DNA of 64,000 bases. Source: Acholeplasmataceae bacterium. Its GTDB lineage: Bacteria > Bacillota_I > Bacilli_A > ML615J-28 > CAG-698. A model generated the notes under the pieces. It searched no databases. It saw only the letters and a list, made by a program, of their open reading frames with translations, and was not told the origin of the DNA. The position numbers and the translations under genes were made by a program. The DNA lies in contig DUOT01000015.1 of NCBI GenBank assembly GCA_012838705.1, forward strand, positions 18,367 through 82,366, given 5' to 3'. Shown in pieces: positions 39,298 to 50,100 of the stretch (position 1 is the first letter of the stretch; each line of letters starts with the position of its first letter).

Positions 39298-42200
39298 TTA
39301 CTCCCCTCCTTCCTTTATATAACTATATTGTTCAATAACTTTTCCATTATAGTTATAAGATTTATTTGAACTATTTACAACTAAGACAAGATTTTCTTCA
39401 CCTGGAATTTGGTAAGTAACTTTTGATACGTTCGCATCAATATATTCATGATCTATTAATCTTCCTCGATGAATACCAATCTCATTTATACGGTTATTTA
39501 AGTTAACAATTGTATCTTTCCAGTTTTTATAATATGCTTTATAGTACATTGTATAATCTGTATCAAGTAATACATTTGGATCTTGATATGATAACTGGAA
39601 TTGAATATTTGATCCTGTTTCTAATGCCTTAGCAAAATACCAATCTGCACTCTTATCACTAACACCGTTAATATAATCAGTTGTATAGTCTACTAATCCA
39701 CTTACAACTAATTGATAGAATGGAATAGTATAATCAATAATTCCAAATTGAGTTGTATCTAATGGAACATCTACAATCAAATCAGCATATTGTAGTGCAT
39801 AATCAAATGGAGCTGATAGTTTCAATTTACCAATTTCATTTGCTGCAATTTGTAACGCTTGTAGTTGATATTCAGTTCCAGTGTGAGCATAAATTTCATT
39901 TTTCTTACGATAACTTCCTAATCGAATATTACCTAAATCAGGAATATACGCTCCTCCTACTTCTAATTTCTTGTAAGATGGTAACATATTTTCCAATAAT
40001 GATTTGTAATAATTAGGTGATAAGTAATATGTTGGAGTCATCTTCTTATCTGGCATTAAAGTTGCTAGATCAAACGGATAATGACGTGCATATGCATTTC
40101 CAACACCACGAGCTGTATATTTATTATTTCCAAATGGATATTTATACCCCTTAGTAGAACCAACATTAACTACAGGATAAAAATCGATATTTTGTGATTC
40201 TAAATATTCATTTAATTCTTTTAGACCTTGTGCTTTACCTAGTACTGGTGAGACCTTGAATTTTCTTGATGCTTTAGGTTCCATTTCATCCTTTGTCCAG
40301 CTATGATAACTTACACTAATCGTATTAACTCCACTTGTCAATAACTCCTTAACAACTTCTTCAGCTTCTTTAAATGTTGTTAAGCTATCATCTTTCATAT
40401 ATTTAATTCCTAAGAACATATCATATCTTTCAAACGCTCCAAGGAAATCAAGATTAACTAGGTTTTCCGTAGTGTTATCTTTTTCAACTAAACCATATTT
40501 AGTCATTAGATACTCACGGTATCTATTAGCTAATCCAACATAATTTAGTTCATCATCTTCAAGGAAAATATATTTATATACTAAATCATTTTTATATATT
40601 TTCTTTGTCCATTTTGGGAATGAAGAAACGTTCCAACCTGCTCCCGCTTCAACATCTTCTTTTTGTCTTACGCGAGAATTAAAATAAATTACGTTTCTTT
40701 CTAACCCTGTTCGAGCAGTGTCAGCATAAATAGAAGATTGAGCAGCACCTTTTTCTAGAATAGCTAGGACACCTTTATTTTGAGTATTATCGATATAACC
40801 GAACATATTAAACATAATCGGCATCATCGCAGGTGATGCATTCTTCTCTACAAATGCTTTTTCCTTTCCATATATATCTTTATTATATGCACTATAATTT
40901 AGTAAATCTTTTTTATTATTAAATTTGATTACAGCACCACTACCATCCGGAATAACCATCATTCCTTCTGCTTCGGTGTCTGTTGTTTTCGTTAATTCCG
41001 GAAGAACATCAATTGAAGTTAATTGGAAATTATGTTGATAATTTGGGTCATTTTTTCCTTCTTCATAGTCTTTTAATGTTTCTCCCATAATCGTTGCTTC
41101 AAGACCATCATCAGTTAATTTAAATTGAATTCCAACTTGGAATCTTTCAAGTGTAGTTGATGATTCAACACCGAAAATTAAATTATCTTTCGCAACTTGC
41201 TCTAATGAGTATAATTGTTGAATTGGTTTGTCATCTTCATCATATAAGAAATTACCATTTTCATCAACTGCATGGAATCCACCACGCATAACCGGATTTC
41301 CTTCTTCATCAAAAATTGGATATTTTGTTGTAATGTCAATTTGTTGATGGTTTGTATAAAGCATGCGATATAAGCTTTCTTGTTCTTGCGAACTTCTTAG
41401 CCCTCTTAACCAATATCTAAAATCATGATTTTGGTCTGGTGTCATAATTCGATAATAAGATTGCATTTGAGTCCAATATTGGTTAGAAAAGAATGGATTA
41501 ACATATACAGGTGAGTTATGACTATTTAAATGAGTACCATAACTTGTATATAAATCTGGATCTAATATAGTTAGTTCCCAAAAGTTTCCACCTGGTGATT
41601 TTTGTACTATCGCTAGTCCATTTTCTTCTAAATATTGAGCTGCAGCAGGTGAATATGTATATCCTTTTCCTGAATATTTTAAAGTCGCTGTTTTTGTTGC
41701 ACTATCTCTTATAATGTCATAACTAAATGTTGTATTACCACGTAATCTTCCATCTAGTGTTAATAGATTTGCTTTGAATGCGGCTCTATCACCATTAAAG
41801 TCTTCCATAGTTTCATCTTCAAAGACTGCAGCTTTAAATTTTTCTGGGAAATAGTCTCTATTAGCACTAAATCTACCAATTTCATATAATACTTGAACAG
41901 CATCTTCTAAATATCTTACTTTATAATGTCGTTCATTAATACCTGTTAATGTATTTTCAAAGTTAATACTATTATCGAAAACATTCATTTTTCCAGCAGG
42001 TCTACCAGTTGAAACGATATGATATGTAATAATTAAATTGGAAGCTTCATGACCAGTAGCACCTTTTTTAGCTGTTGTGAAAATGACCTCTCCAGCCTCA
42101 ATATTATTTGGCTGTGTTGGATCTAACTCCACAATCGAAACAATAGTACTTTCTTCATCAAAAATCATTGCATATTTTGCATTCTTAGCAACAACTTTAT

Positions 42201-42411
42201 TATTATCAAACTCAAAATCTACGTTGATTCTATTTCCTTCTTCGTCATATTGAACTGTATGGAAATTGATAAATTGACTTTCATCAAATTCTAGATTATT
42301 TGTTTCAAGGTAGGAAACTTTTAATCCTCCAATGAAATACAATCCTAATAATACTCCCACAAAAACGACAATCAATGAGGGAATGATAAATTTTAATCTC
42401 AGAAATTTCAT
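39298..42411 (-). CDS. large (1037 aa) N-terminally membrane-anchored extracellular protein of unknown function
   Basis: It has a single N-terminal TM segment (IIPSLIVVFVGVLLGLYFIGG), then about 1000 aa of soluble domain with no motif I can assign. It is translationally coupled to the downstream permease pair. Confidence 0.4.
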   Translation of the reverse strand: MKFLRLKFIIPSLIVVFVGVLLGLYFIGGLKVSYLETNNLEFDESQFINFHTVQYDEEGNRINVDFEFDNNKVVAKNAKYAMIFDEESTIVSIVELDPTQPNNIEAGEVIFTTAKKGATGHEASNLIITYHIVSTGRPAGKMNVFDNSINFENTLTGINERHYKVRYLEDAVQVLYEIGRFSANRDYFPEKFKAAVFEDETMEDFNGDRAAFKANLLTLDGRLRGNTTFSYDIIRDSATKTATLKYSGKGYTYSPAAAQYLEENGLAIVQKSPGGNFWELTILDPDLYTSYGTHLNSHNSPVYVNPFFSNQYWTQMQSYYRIMTPDQNHDFRYWLRGLRSSQEQESLYRMLYTNHQQIDITTKYPIFDEEGNPVMRGGFHAVDENGNFLYDEDDKPIQQLYSLEQVAKDNLIFGVESSTTLERFQVGIQFKLTDDGLEATIMGETLKDYEEGKNDPNYQHNFQLTSIDVLPELTKTTDTEAEGMMVIPDGSGAVIKFNNKKDLLNYSAYNKDIYGKEKAFVEKNASPAMMPIMFNMFGYIDNTQNKGVLAILEKGAAQSSIYADTARTGLERNVIYFNSRVRQKEDVEAGAGWNVSSFPKWTKKIYKNDLVYKYIFLEDDELNYVGLANRYREYLMTKYGLVEKDNTTENLVNLDFLGAFERYDMFLGIKYMKDDSLTTFKEAEEVVKELLTSGVNTISVSYHSWTKDEMEPKASRKFKVSPVLGKAQGLKELNEYLESQNIDFYPVVNVGSTKGYKYPFGNNKYTARGVGNAYARHYPFDLATLMPDKKMTPTYYLSPNYYKSLLENMLPSYKKLEVGGAYIPDLGNIRLGSYRKKNEIYAHTGTEYQLQALQIAANEIGKLKLSAPFDYALQYADLIVDVPLDTTQFGIIDYTIPFYQLVVSGLVDYTTDYINGVSDKSADWYFAKALETGSNIQFQLSYQDPNVLLDTDYTMYYKAYYKNWKDTIVNLNNRINEIGIHRGRLIDHEYIDANVSKVTYQIPGEENLVLVVNSSNKSYNYNGKVIEQYSYIKEGGE

Positions 42412-42423
42412 ATTAGTTCCCCC

Positions 42424-43131
42424 TTAAAATAAATCCCTTAGACTAATTTCTTGATATATTGTGTAGAAGAAACCATACATTTTTTGAAATAAGTCATAGA
42501 ATAGAATTAACATAAATATAATAATCGCTGCAGCAAGTACTGTTGCAATTAAGGTGATAACACATTTTGCTAATCCGTATTCATGTATCGAAATCATTCC
42601 CATGAAAATTAAATAACCCATGAGGAACGCTCCAATCGACATAACAAGATAGTAAAATGCAAGTTCTTCACCTGTTAAGAAATTACTTAGTATAATTCCT
42701 AAACCTGTTGCCCATAACATCGGATAAAGAGAATAACCAATCATTAAAAAGATTTCTTTCATTTTCCCTTTACCATCAAATAAGGTAGTAACAGACCAGT
42801 TTGCTACTGTAAATAGTACAATCGGTGCAATAATATAAAATATTTCTGCTATACTATTTAAATCTTTTAATTCATTATCATTTACTTCAAATCCAGAAAA
42901 CTGGAAACTTAATATATTTAATAGAATTAATATAATAATAAATGTAACTGCAACTGATACTTTTGCACGCTTTTCTCGTTTAAATTCTTCATATGCTTTT
43001 AGGGGATGAGATAGCATATATGCAGGAAATTTAATAAACTCCTCAACAAAATATATATATTTTGGTTTTAGTTTTTCTACAAAGTTTTTAATTTTATTTC
43101 CAAAACTTGTTTTTGTCTTTTGTGATGTCAT
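42424..43131 (-). CDS. Yip1-like polytopic membrane protein
   Basis: It is 235 aa. A cytoplasmic N-terminal segment of about 55 aa is followed by five predicted TM helices, the Yip1/DUF1282-type topology. Confidence 0.45.
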   Translation of the reverse strand: MTSQKTKTSFGNKIKNFVEKLKPKYIYFVEEFIKFPAYMLSHPLKAYEEFKREKRAKVSVAVTFIIILILLNILSFQFSGFEVNDNELKDLNSIAEIFYIIAPIVLFTVANWSVTTLFDGKGKMKEIFLMIGYSLYPMLWATGLGIILSNFLTGEELAFYYLVMSIGAFLMGYLIFMGMISIHEYGLAKCVITLIATVLAAAIIIFMLILFYDLFQKMYGFFYTIYQEISLRDLF

Positions 43132-45143
43132 TATTCATCCCCCATTCCTGTTTCTTCTTCCTTTGGTAAATGACGGTACTTCACCTTCTTATAAATAGAT
43201 AAACCTCCAAAGACAACAATTAATGTAATTGCAACTGGTGTAAAATATTTTCTAATTGCAACATTTCGGTGAAGTTTATAAGCACGAGAATATAGTTCAC
43301 GGTCATAACCAAACTTGAAATATTCCATTGCTTTTTTATAGTCTTTATTATTAAAGTACATTCTACCAATACCAATGTAACCATATTCATAGTTGGCATT
43401 TTGTTTTACAACTTCTTGCCAATATAAAGCAGCTTCATTTAAGTTACCTTGATATTCTAATTCAACAGCACGATTGATTAATTTACCAATATCAGACAGT
43501 TCATATAATACAATACTTTTTGTAGAATTATCTAAAACTGCAACATTTTCATGTACATATGCAAGTGATACTGGATTACTTAATACTGTTAATTGTGTAT
43601 TTCCAATATTTCCATCTGAATATCGTGAATTTCCAGACACATATAATAGGTTACCTTCATTATCATAAGTAAATAGTCGACCCATTTTACCGTCTACGAC
43701 AGTATATACTCCATATTCATTTACAGTAATTCCTGCAAATTTTGAAGGACCATTATATAATGCTAGAACTTGACCAATATGATATTTAACATCTCCCTTT
43801 GGCGGTTGATATCCATTACGACGTAAAATATCTTTACCTGTCGGATTAATTCTTTTAATCATATTGTTATCATCAGTAACTATATTTCGATCGTTAGTAA
43901 GGGCTTGAGATGTCGCATAAATAAACCCTTCCTTATCAACTGCCATACTTGTAAATGAAGTATTAATAATTGATTGTTGTTTTTTCAATTGTTCTTCAGT
44001 TGAGAAGTTTCTCCAGAATACTTCCCAAGGAGTAAGTGTTACATAGTTAACACCTGTGAAACGGTTAAATTCACCTTCACGACTGAATTGCATTATACCT
44101 TCATTTACGTTACTTGCGATAACATATATTCTTCCTGCTCGGTCAGTAACGATATCTATTGGTGTAATGTCACGACCTTCAAAAGTATATTCATCTTTAG
44201 GTGTTCTTACAATACGAACTACTTCATAAGTCTCACTATCGATAACGATAACTTGATTATTATTTCGGTCTGCAAGATATATAAGATCTTCACGTGTTGT
44301 AGGTGTTACAGCACGATATACTCCGTATAAACCATTTGCATGTAATTGAATTGATTCTTTACTACGTAAATCGGCAAGAGTAAATCCATAATGTTGTTCT
44401 TCGATTACTGGTGGTTCTGGTTCGTTTGTTACAGTAACTTGAATTTTAACTGTAACAATTGGAGCTACTTCTTTTTCTTCATCATCTTCTTCGTTTTGCT
44501 CAATTGCTTCATATAATCCACCATTAATTGTTACTCTTCCTAATCCCTTAGCAACAATAAATGGTTTTCCATCACGAATCTCAATATCGGCAATACTATC
44601 ATTTGTTGATGACCATTTAATTTCATAATCAAAATCAATGTCACCAAGTTGATATGTTATTTCTTGTTCACTTAAATCTTCAAATTCTTCATTATCATAA
44701 ACTAGATTAATGAATTCCATTTCATGTGGTATTGAAAACAATACATCACGCGCAATTAAATATTGTCCACCACTTTTATATTCTTTTAACTGATCATCAG
44801 TAAATTTGCTTGGTTTTAATGTAAATGATGATACTGTTTTTAATAACTTAAAATTATCATCAAAAACAAATAATTTATTTGAATTTGCGTCAACAACATA
44901 AATTGTTTTATTTCCTTCACTATCAGTAAAAGTAAATATATCTCTCGGGTTTGTAAAATCATCAAAGGCAATTCCTAAATCTTGTGCAGTATACGGTTTT
45001 TGATTAATTGTAAATCCTACAGTTGAATAAATAGGATCACCACGATGATCATATGTATAACCAACAGCAGCCTTTATATTTATTGCCGTTAATGTAACCA
45101 TAAAGGTTACTATGGCAATTAAAAATTTTATTCCTTTTCTCAT
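43131..45143 (-). CDS. secreted NHL-repeat beta-propeller + TPR-like protein with C-terminal transmembrane anchor
   Basis: It has a signal peptide (FLIAIVTFMVTLTAINIKA). Repeated segments are DRNNNQVIVIDSETYEVVRIV, DRAGRIYVIASN and VDKEGFIYATSQ (NHL/YVTN-like blades). A TPR-like segment near the C-terminus is …EYQGNLNEAALYWQEVVKQNANYEYGYIGIGRMYFNNKDYKKAMEYF…. A final TM helix is VAITLIVVFGGLSIY. Confidence 0.5.
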   Translation of the reverse strand: MRKGIKFLIAIVTFMVTLTAINIKAAVGYTYDHRGDPIYSTVGFTINQKPYTAQDLGIAFDDFTNPRDIFTFTDSEGNKTIYVVDANSNKLFVFDDNFKLLKTVSSFTLKPSKFTDDQLKEYKSGGQYLIARDVLFSIPHEMEFINLVYDNEEFEDLSEQEITYQLGDIDFDYEIKWSSTNDSIADIEIRDGKPFIVAKGLGRVTINGGLYEAIEQNEEDDEEKEVAPIVTVKIQVTVTNEPEPPVIEEQHYGFTLADLRSKESIQLHANGLYGVYRAVTPTTREDLIYLADRNNNQVIVIDSETYEVVRIVRTPKDEYTFEGRDITPIDIVTDRAGRIYVIASNVNEGIMQFSREGEFNRFTGVNYVTLTPWEVFWRNFSTEEQLKKQQSIINTSFTSMAVDKEGFIYATSQALTNDRNIVTDDNNMIKRINPTGKDILRRNGYQPPKGDVKYHIGQVLALYNGPSKFAGITVNEYGVYTVVDGKMGRLFTYDNEGNLLYVSGNSRYSDGNIGNTQLTVLSNPVSLAYVHENVAVLDNSTKSIVLYELSDIGKLINRAVELEYQGNLNEAALYWQEVVKQNANYEYGYIGIGRMYFNNKDYKKAMEYFKFGYDRELYSRAYKLHRNVAIRKYFTPVAITLIVVFGGLSIYKKVKYRHLPKEEETGMGDE

Positions 45144-45152
45144 AATCTCCTC

Positions 45153-46148
45153 CTACTTCATTCCCGAATGAGCCATCGTGTCCATAATTTGTGTTTGAGA
45201 TAGTACGAAGACTGTCACCGGAACTAGTATCATGATAAAACTTACAGCCGCAAGAGTACCTTGACGAGCTGGACCCGCTGTTGCAATTTGGCTTAATGCA
45301 TAACCAACCATCTTTAAGTCTTCACTATAAATATATGTTGAACCCGATGTTAACCATAAGTATTGGAAACTTAAAATGATTAGCGTTAACCATGCCGGCT
45401 TTACAAGTGGCATTATGATCTTCCAATAGATTTTAAACTCACCAGCACCATCAATTTTTGCTGATTCAATTAAACTAGTTGGAATATTTGTCATAAATTG
45501 TTGCATTAAGAAAAGTCCTAAAGTAGAAGAGAAAGCTGGTAATATTAATACCCAATATGTATCAATTAAACCAATTTCATTAAAAATTAAATATAGTGGA
45601 ATAGCTGTAATAGCTGGGTTAAATAGTAATGAATATCTAATCAAACCAGATAAGAATTTTCCACCAGGAACATTTCTTTTAGCTAATGGATAAGCACACA
45701 TTGATGCAACAATAACATGTCCAACAGTTCCTAGAAGCGTTACGAATATTGTATTAAAGAAGTAACGTGATACTGGTACTAATGAACTTCCTAAAATATT
45801 TGCTAAGTCAGAAAAGTTTGTTAACGTAGGGTTACGAACAAAAATACGCGGTGGGAATAAGAATATTTCATCTAGTGGTTTGAAGGCATTATTAACTGTT
45901 AGAATTAGTGGTAATAAACTAAATGTACCACATACAGCTAGAAATACAAATAATGTAATATCCCCTTTTAAAGTTCTATTAACACGTTTCTTTCTTTTAG
46001 AACGCCTTTTTATTGTAAATGCATTTATTTCCGAAAAAGGACGTGAATCGATTCTTTTTGCTCTTATTACGTTTTTATCGTACTTTTTCTTTTCCTTTTT
46101 AGGCTTTTTAATTTTTTGCTTTTTAATTTCTTCAGTCATTCTAATCAC
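45153..46148 (-). CDS. carbohydrate ABC transporter permease (MalG type) with ~60-aa Lys/Arg-rich N-terminal extension
   Basis: The permease core has the EAA loop …LIESAKIDGAGEFKIYWKIIMP…. The N-terminus is MTEEIKKQKIKKPKKEKKKYDK…RRSKRKKRVNR. Confidence 0.75.
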   Translation of the reverse strand: MIRMTEEIKKQKIKKPKKEKKKYDKNVIRAKRIDSRPFSEINAFTIKRRSKRKKRVNRTLKGDITLFVFLAVCGTFSLLPLILTVNNAFKPLDEIFLFPPRIFVRNPTLTNFSDLANILGSSLVPVSRYFFNTIFVTLLGTVGHVIVASMCAYPLAKRNVPGGKFLSGLIRYSLLFNPAITAIPLYLIFNEIGLIDTYWVLILPAFSSTLGLFLMQQFMTNIPTSLIESAKIDGAGEFKIYWKIIMPLVKPAWLTLIILSFQYLWLTSGSTYIYSEDLKMVGYALSQIATAGPARQGTLAAVSFIMILVPVTVFVLSQTQIMDTMAHSGMK

Positions 46149-47136
46149 CCACCCTACTAATAATTTTTCTTATAAGTTTATTTAGCAGAATCGCTGCAAT
46201 AAATAGGATTGTTGCAATTGCTGATGCATAACCCATTTCAAATCGTGTTAAACCATAGTCTGTTAAGTGGTTAACGATTGTATGACCTGCATAGTCAACA
46301 GTAGGGAAGCCAGCCAATAATACTGTAATACTACCGATACCTAATGTATTTGAAATTTGAATTACGGCACTAAATACAAGTTGTGGTTTCATTTCTGGTA
46401 ATGTAATGTACCATAATTCTTGCCAACGATTCTTAACACCGTCGATTGCTGCTGCTTCATAAAGTGTTTTATTAACACTTTTAAGTCCGGCAAGTAGTGA
46501 TAAGAAGTTCACCCCTAAGCTCATCCATAATTGAACAATAATTATGATTGGTAAAATATATTTTGTATTTTGGAGCCAGGTTATCGGTTCATTTATGAAT
46601 CCCCAATCCAAGAGGAACGCATTCGCATATCCATAAATATCACTTGAGAAAATGATTGTCCAAATGAGAATACCATTTCCCGCTAGTGATGGTGCATAGA
46701 ATGCAAGAGTTACAATAGGACGAATTTTTGGTGGTAATTCATTAATTAACCAAGCGAAAACGAATGCAAGTATATATCCAATTGGACCAGTAATTACAGA
46801 TAAAATAAGTGTATTTTTTAAAGCAGTAATAAAGATGTCATCATTAAGAAATAAACTAAGATAATTACTAAACCCAACAAAACGGGGCGCTTCGAGGACA
46901 TTGAAGTAAGTAAAGCTTAGTAATAAACTCATGACAACAGGTACTACTGTAAATAATGTAAATAGAAGTAAGAATGGAAACATCATTAAGTAAAGAGATC
47001 TATTTAAATAGAGTTTTCTTCTTAATGGTTTCTTTCTACTCCATTGATCAATTTTTTGGCTAGTTCTTTCTTTCCACTTTTTAAATTTATCCCATTGGCG
47101 TGCAAACCAATTTTTATTTGTTATAGTACTTTGCAT
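46141..47136 (-). CDS. carbohydrate ABC transporter permease (MalF type)
   Basis: The EAA loop is …LYEAAAIDGVKNRWQELWYITLP…. It overlaps the next permease by 8 nt. Confidence 0.8.
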   Translation of the reverse strand: MQSTITNKNWFARQWDKFKKWKERTSQKIDQWSRKKPLRRKLYLNRSLYLMMFPFLLLFTLFTVVPVVMSLLLSFTYFNVLEAPRFVGFSNYLSLFLNDDIFITALKNTLILSVITGPIGYILAFVFAWLINELPPKIRPIVTLAFYAPSLAGNGILIWTIIFSSDIYGYANAFLLDWGFINEPITWLQNTKYILPIIIIVQLWMSLGVNFLSLLAGLKSVNKTLYEAAAIDGVKNRWQELWYITLPEMKPQLVFSAVIQISNTLGIGSITVLLAGFPTVDYAGHTIVNHLTDYGLTRFEMGYASAIATILFIAAILLNKLIRKIISRVGD

Positions 47137-47145
47137 AATATCCTC

Positions 47146-50100
47146 CTACTCCCCAGTTGGCACTGGTAGCCCAAACTCTTCGCGTTTTCTAGTAATTTCA
47201 TGATTAATCATAACGATATATTCTTCAAATGTTTGGCGTGGATTAATGTTATTATTAACAACTTTACGGAACGCATTTTCAAGGTTACGTCCTGTATAAT
47301 AACCACCTGGAACTTCAGGTACTCCAACAGTCCAAGGGAATTGGGCATTTAATATTTCTAATTCTTCAACTGTCCAAGGTAAACGTGAGAATGCTTCAAT
47401 GTTTGGAGTTGCATGACGTGCAGCAGTACCGATAATTGATTCAAGTTCACGGTTATATGCTGTTTGTGTATCAGCATCTGTCCACCACTTCATAAATTCC
47501 CATGCAGCTTCCGGAACATTTGTAGTTTTAAGCATGATAACTGCTGTTCCACTTGTTGCAGTTGAACGGTCAATAGTTCCATCTTCTTGACGAGTACCAG
47601 GCATATTTGCAAATGTCCATTTACCTCTAATTTCTGGAGCTGATACCATTAAAGTATTGTAAACATTGTAATCACTAATACCAATTGGCATCTCACCAGT
47701 ACGGAAACGGTTGATAAATGTAGCCCATGTAATCGTTAATTCGAAACTATAATTTGTATAGAATTCTGTCCAGAATTCAAATGCTTGCATTGATTCTTCT
47801 GAGTCAAAATTGGAGATTACATATTCTTCACCACGGTCATTTAATTCTGTACGATAGAATGAACCTCCAGTTTGGAATAATCGCGATGCGAAAATACCAT
47901 TTACAACACTTGCAGCACCTAGTGTATTTAGTGGCAAGTAGAATTTCATGTTATGAATTTGTAATTCTGGTATTAAGTCAATTACTTCTTCCCATGTATC
48001 AGGAACTTCCCAACCATAATCTTCAAAAATATCAGTACGATAAAAGATAACAGGGAAAAGTTGTGTATTTGGTAATGCATAATACCCTTCATGTCCTGTA
48101 CGATCCTTATATGAATACGGTACGATAGCACTAGGGTAGAAGCGTTCAATTACTTCTTCAAAATCATCAAATTTTGTTAAGTCCATAACTGCTCCACGAA
48201 GAGCATAGTTTACAGGAATACCATTAGCAACGTTTATTGCAACGTCAGGACCACGACCAGCTAGAGTCGCATTTAATAATACTTCCGGTGCAACAACTTT
48301 CAATTCAACATTAACATCACTTTCAAAAGTAGAGTCGATTAATGTACGAATTGAGTTTCCTTGTTCACGACCAACTGATGGGTCAGTTAAGAACCATACT
48401 TCTACAGTTTCATCGTCACCTTTTTCTACTGTTGCTCCAATAGCTGAATAATCAAAGAAGAATGATTTAAAGAAGCTTTTCATATTAAACCATGTTCCAA
48501 CAAAGAAATTAGGATTTGCTTTTGGTAATTTATAATCATCACTATGAACTAGTAAATAGTCTACCGTTAATGCTTGTTCACTTACAGTAAGAACCCAAGT
48601 TCCAAGTGAAGAAATATTTGTACTAAATGAACGCATATTACGTTGAATCTTACGTGGTTGTTTGATAAAGTCGCGTAATTGTAAAGCCATTGTTTCTAGA
48701 CTCGCCGACTCACCACTCTTTTCACCACTTATTCTTGTAATTGTTTTCGCTACATCTTCAATTTCTACTATACAATGTTCAAATGTTGGAATTAATTCAG
48801 GAATATTATCTGTTAATCGATAATCGATATATTTATCAGGGTTAACCCCAATCTTAGCAATTATCGCACGATACATTCTATTTAATTCATCAATTACTTG
48901 TTGGATACGATTGATTTGTGAACCATAATCACCTAATGTAACTTCAAGAGTGATAGTATGTGTACCTTCTTCTAAGTAGAAATAGAATGGTTCATCTTCA
49001 GTACCTAATGTTACAATGTTCCAATCACTTGCATAAGTAAATTTTGCATTTTGTGCTTCCGCAAATGGAATTTTATCATCAATATATACTTTACGTGTTG
49101 AGAATAAACCACGGTTAGAACTTTGACGAGCACGTAAAGAGATATTATAAAGTCCACTTTCCGGAACAGTAAATTCCCAAGTAATCCAGTCACCTGGAGT
49201 TGACCATTTTGCTCCACCGATTGAGTTTAATATAACCTTTACAGGATCTGCAGGTGAGTTGTAAGCACTTGAACGGTCATGAATTGCATAGATTGTAGAA
49301 GAGGAACGATAAACAGAATCTTCACCTTGGATTTTTGGATCTCCTTCAACGTAATATCCTGTTATTCCCCCAGTAACTTTTTTATATCCTTTAGCTTCAT
49401 ATTCAGCTTTTACTTCTTCATATGATTTATATTCTTCTTTACTTGTCACATGAATATTAAAGATACTCATTGTTTCACGAACAGATTCAAATGTAATAGT
49501 GTTTTTACCTTTTGATAAATATACTAAATAAGGCTCTGTTACATAACCGATTTTATCTTTAACATATTGCTCACGGCGAATTCTGTGTTCTGCTTGAACT
49601 GGTCTAATTTCATTTCCATTTAAGTCAATAATTTTATCGCCGCCATCAGTCCATACTCTTTGGAAAGTAATATTATTTAAGTCGTCATATGGAACTTCTC
49701 CATTAACAAGGATCTTTCTTTCAATATCAACACCATTATCTTCTTCAGGAAGGTAATCAACTTTGATATTGTAGAAACCTGCCTCTTCAATATTTACTTC
49801 CCAGGTAGCTGAGCCACTTGAAGTAGTTTTCAAAGCTTTTTCACCATATTTGTTAGTATAATCAACTACTACAAAATCAGTCTCAATTGCGTCTTCACCC
49901 GGAATTACAATATCAACATTTTTCGGATAGTTTTGAGGATATTTATCTAAATATTCTTTATAATCACCGAGTACTAATACTGACTCAGGAATTGTTGCAT
50001 TTGAATATTTATGGCCATCATCAAAACTTTTTACGACAACACTAATAAATAAAAATACTAATAATACTAAAAGAGTCCATAAAATTGTCTTTTTTATAAT

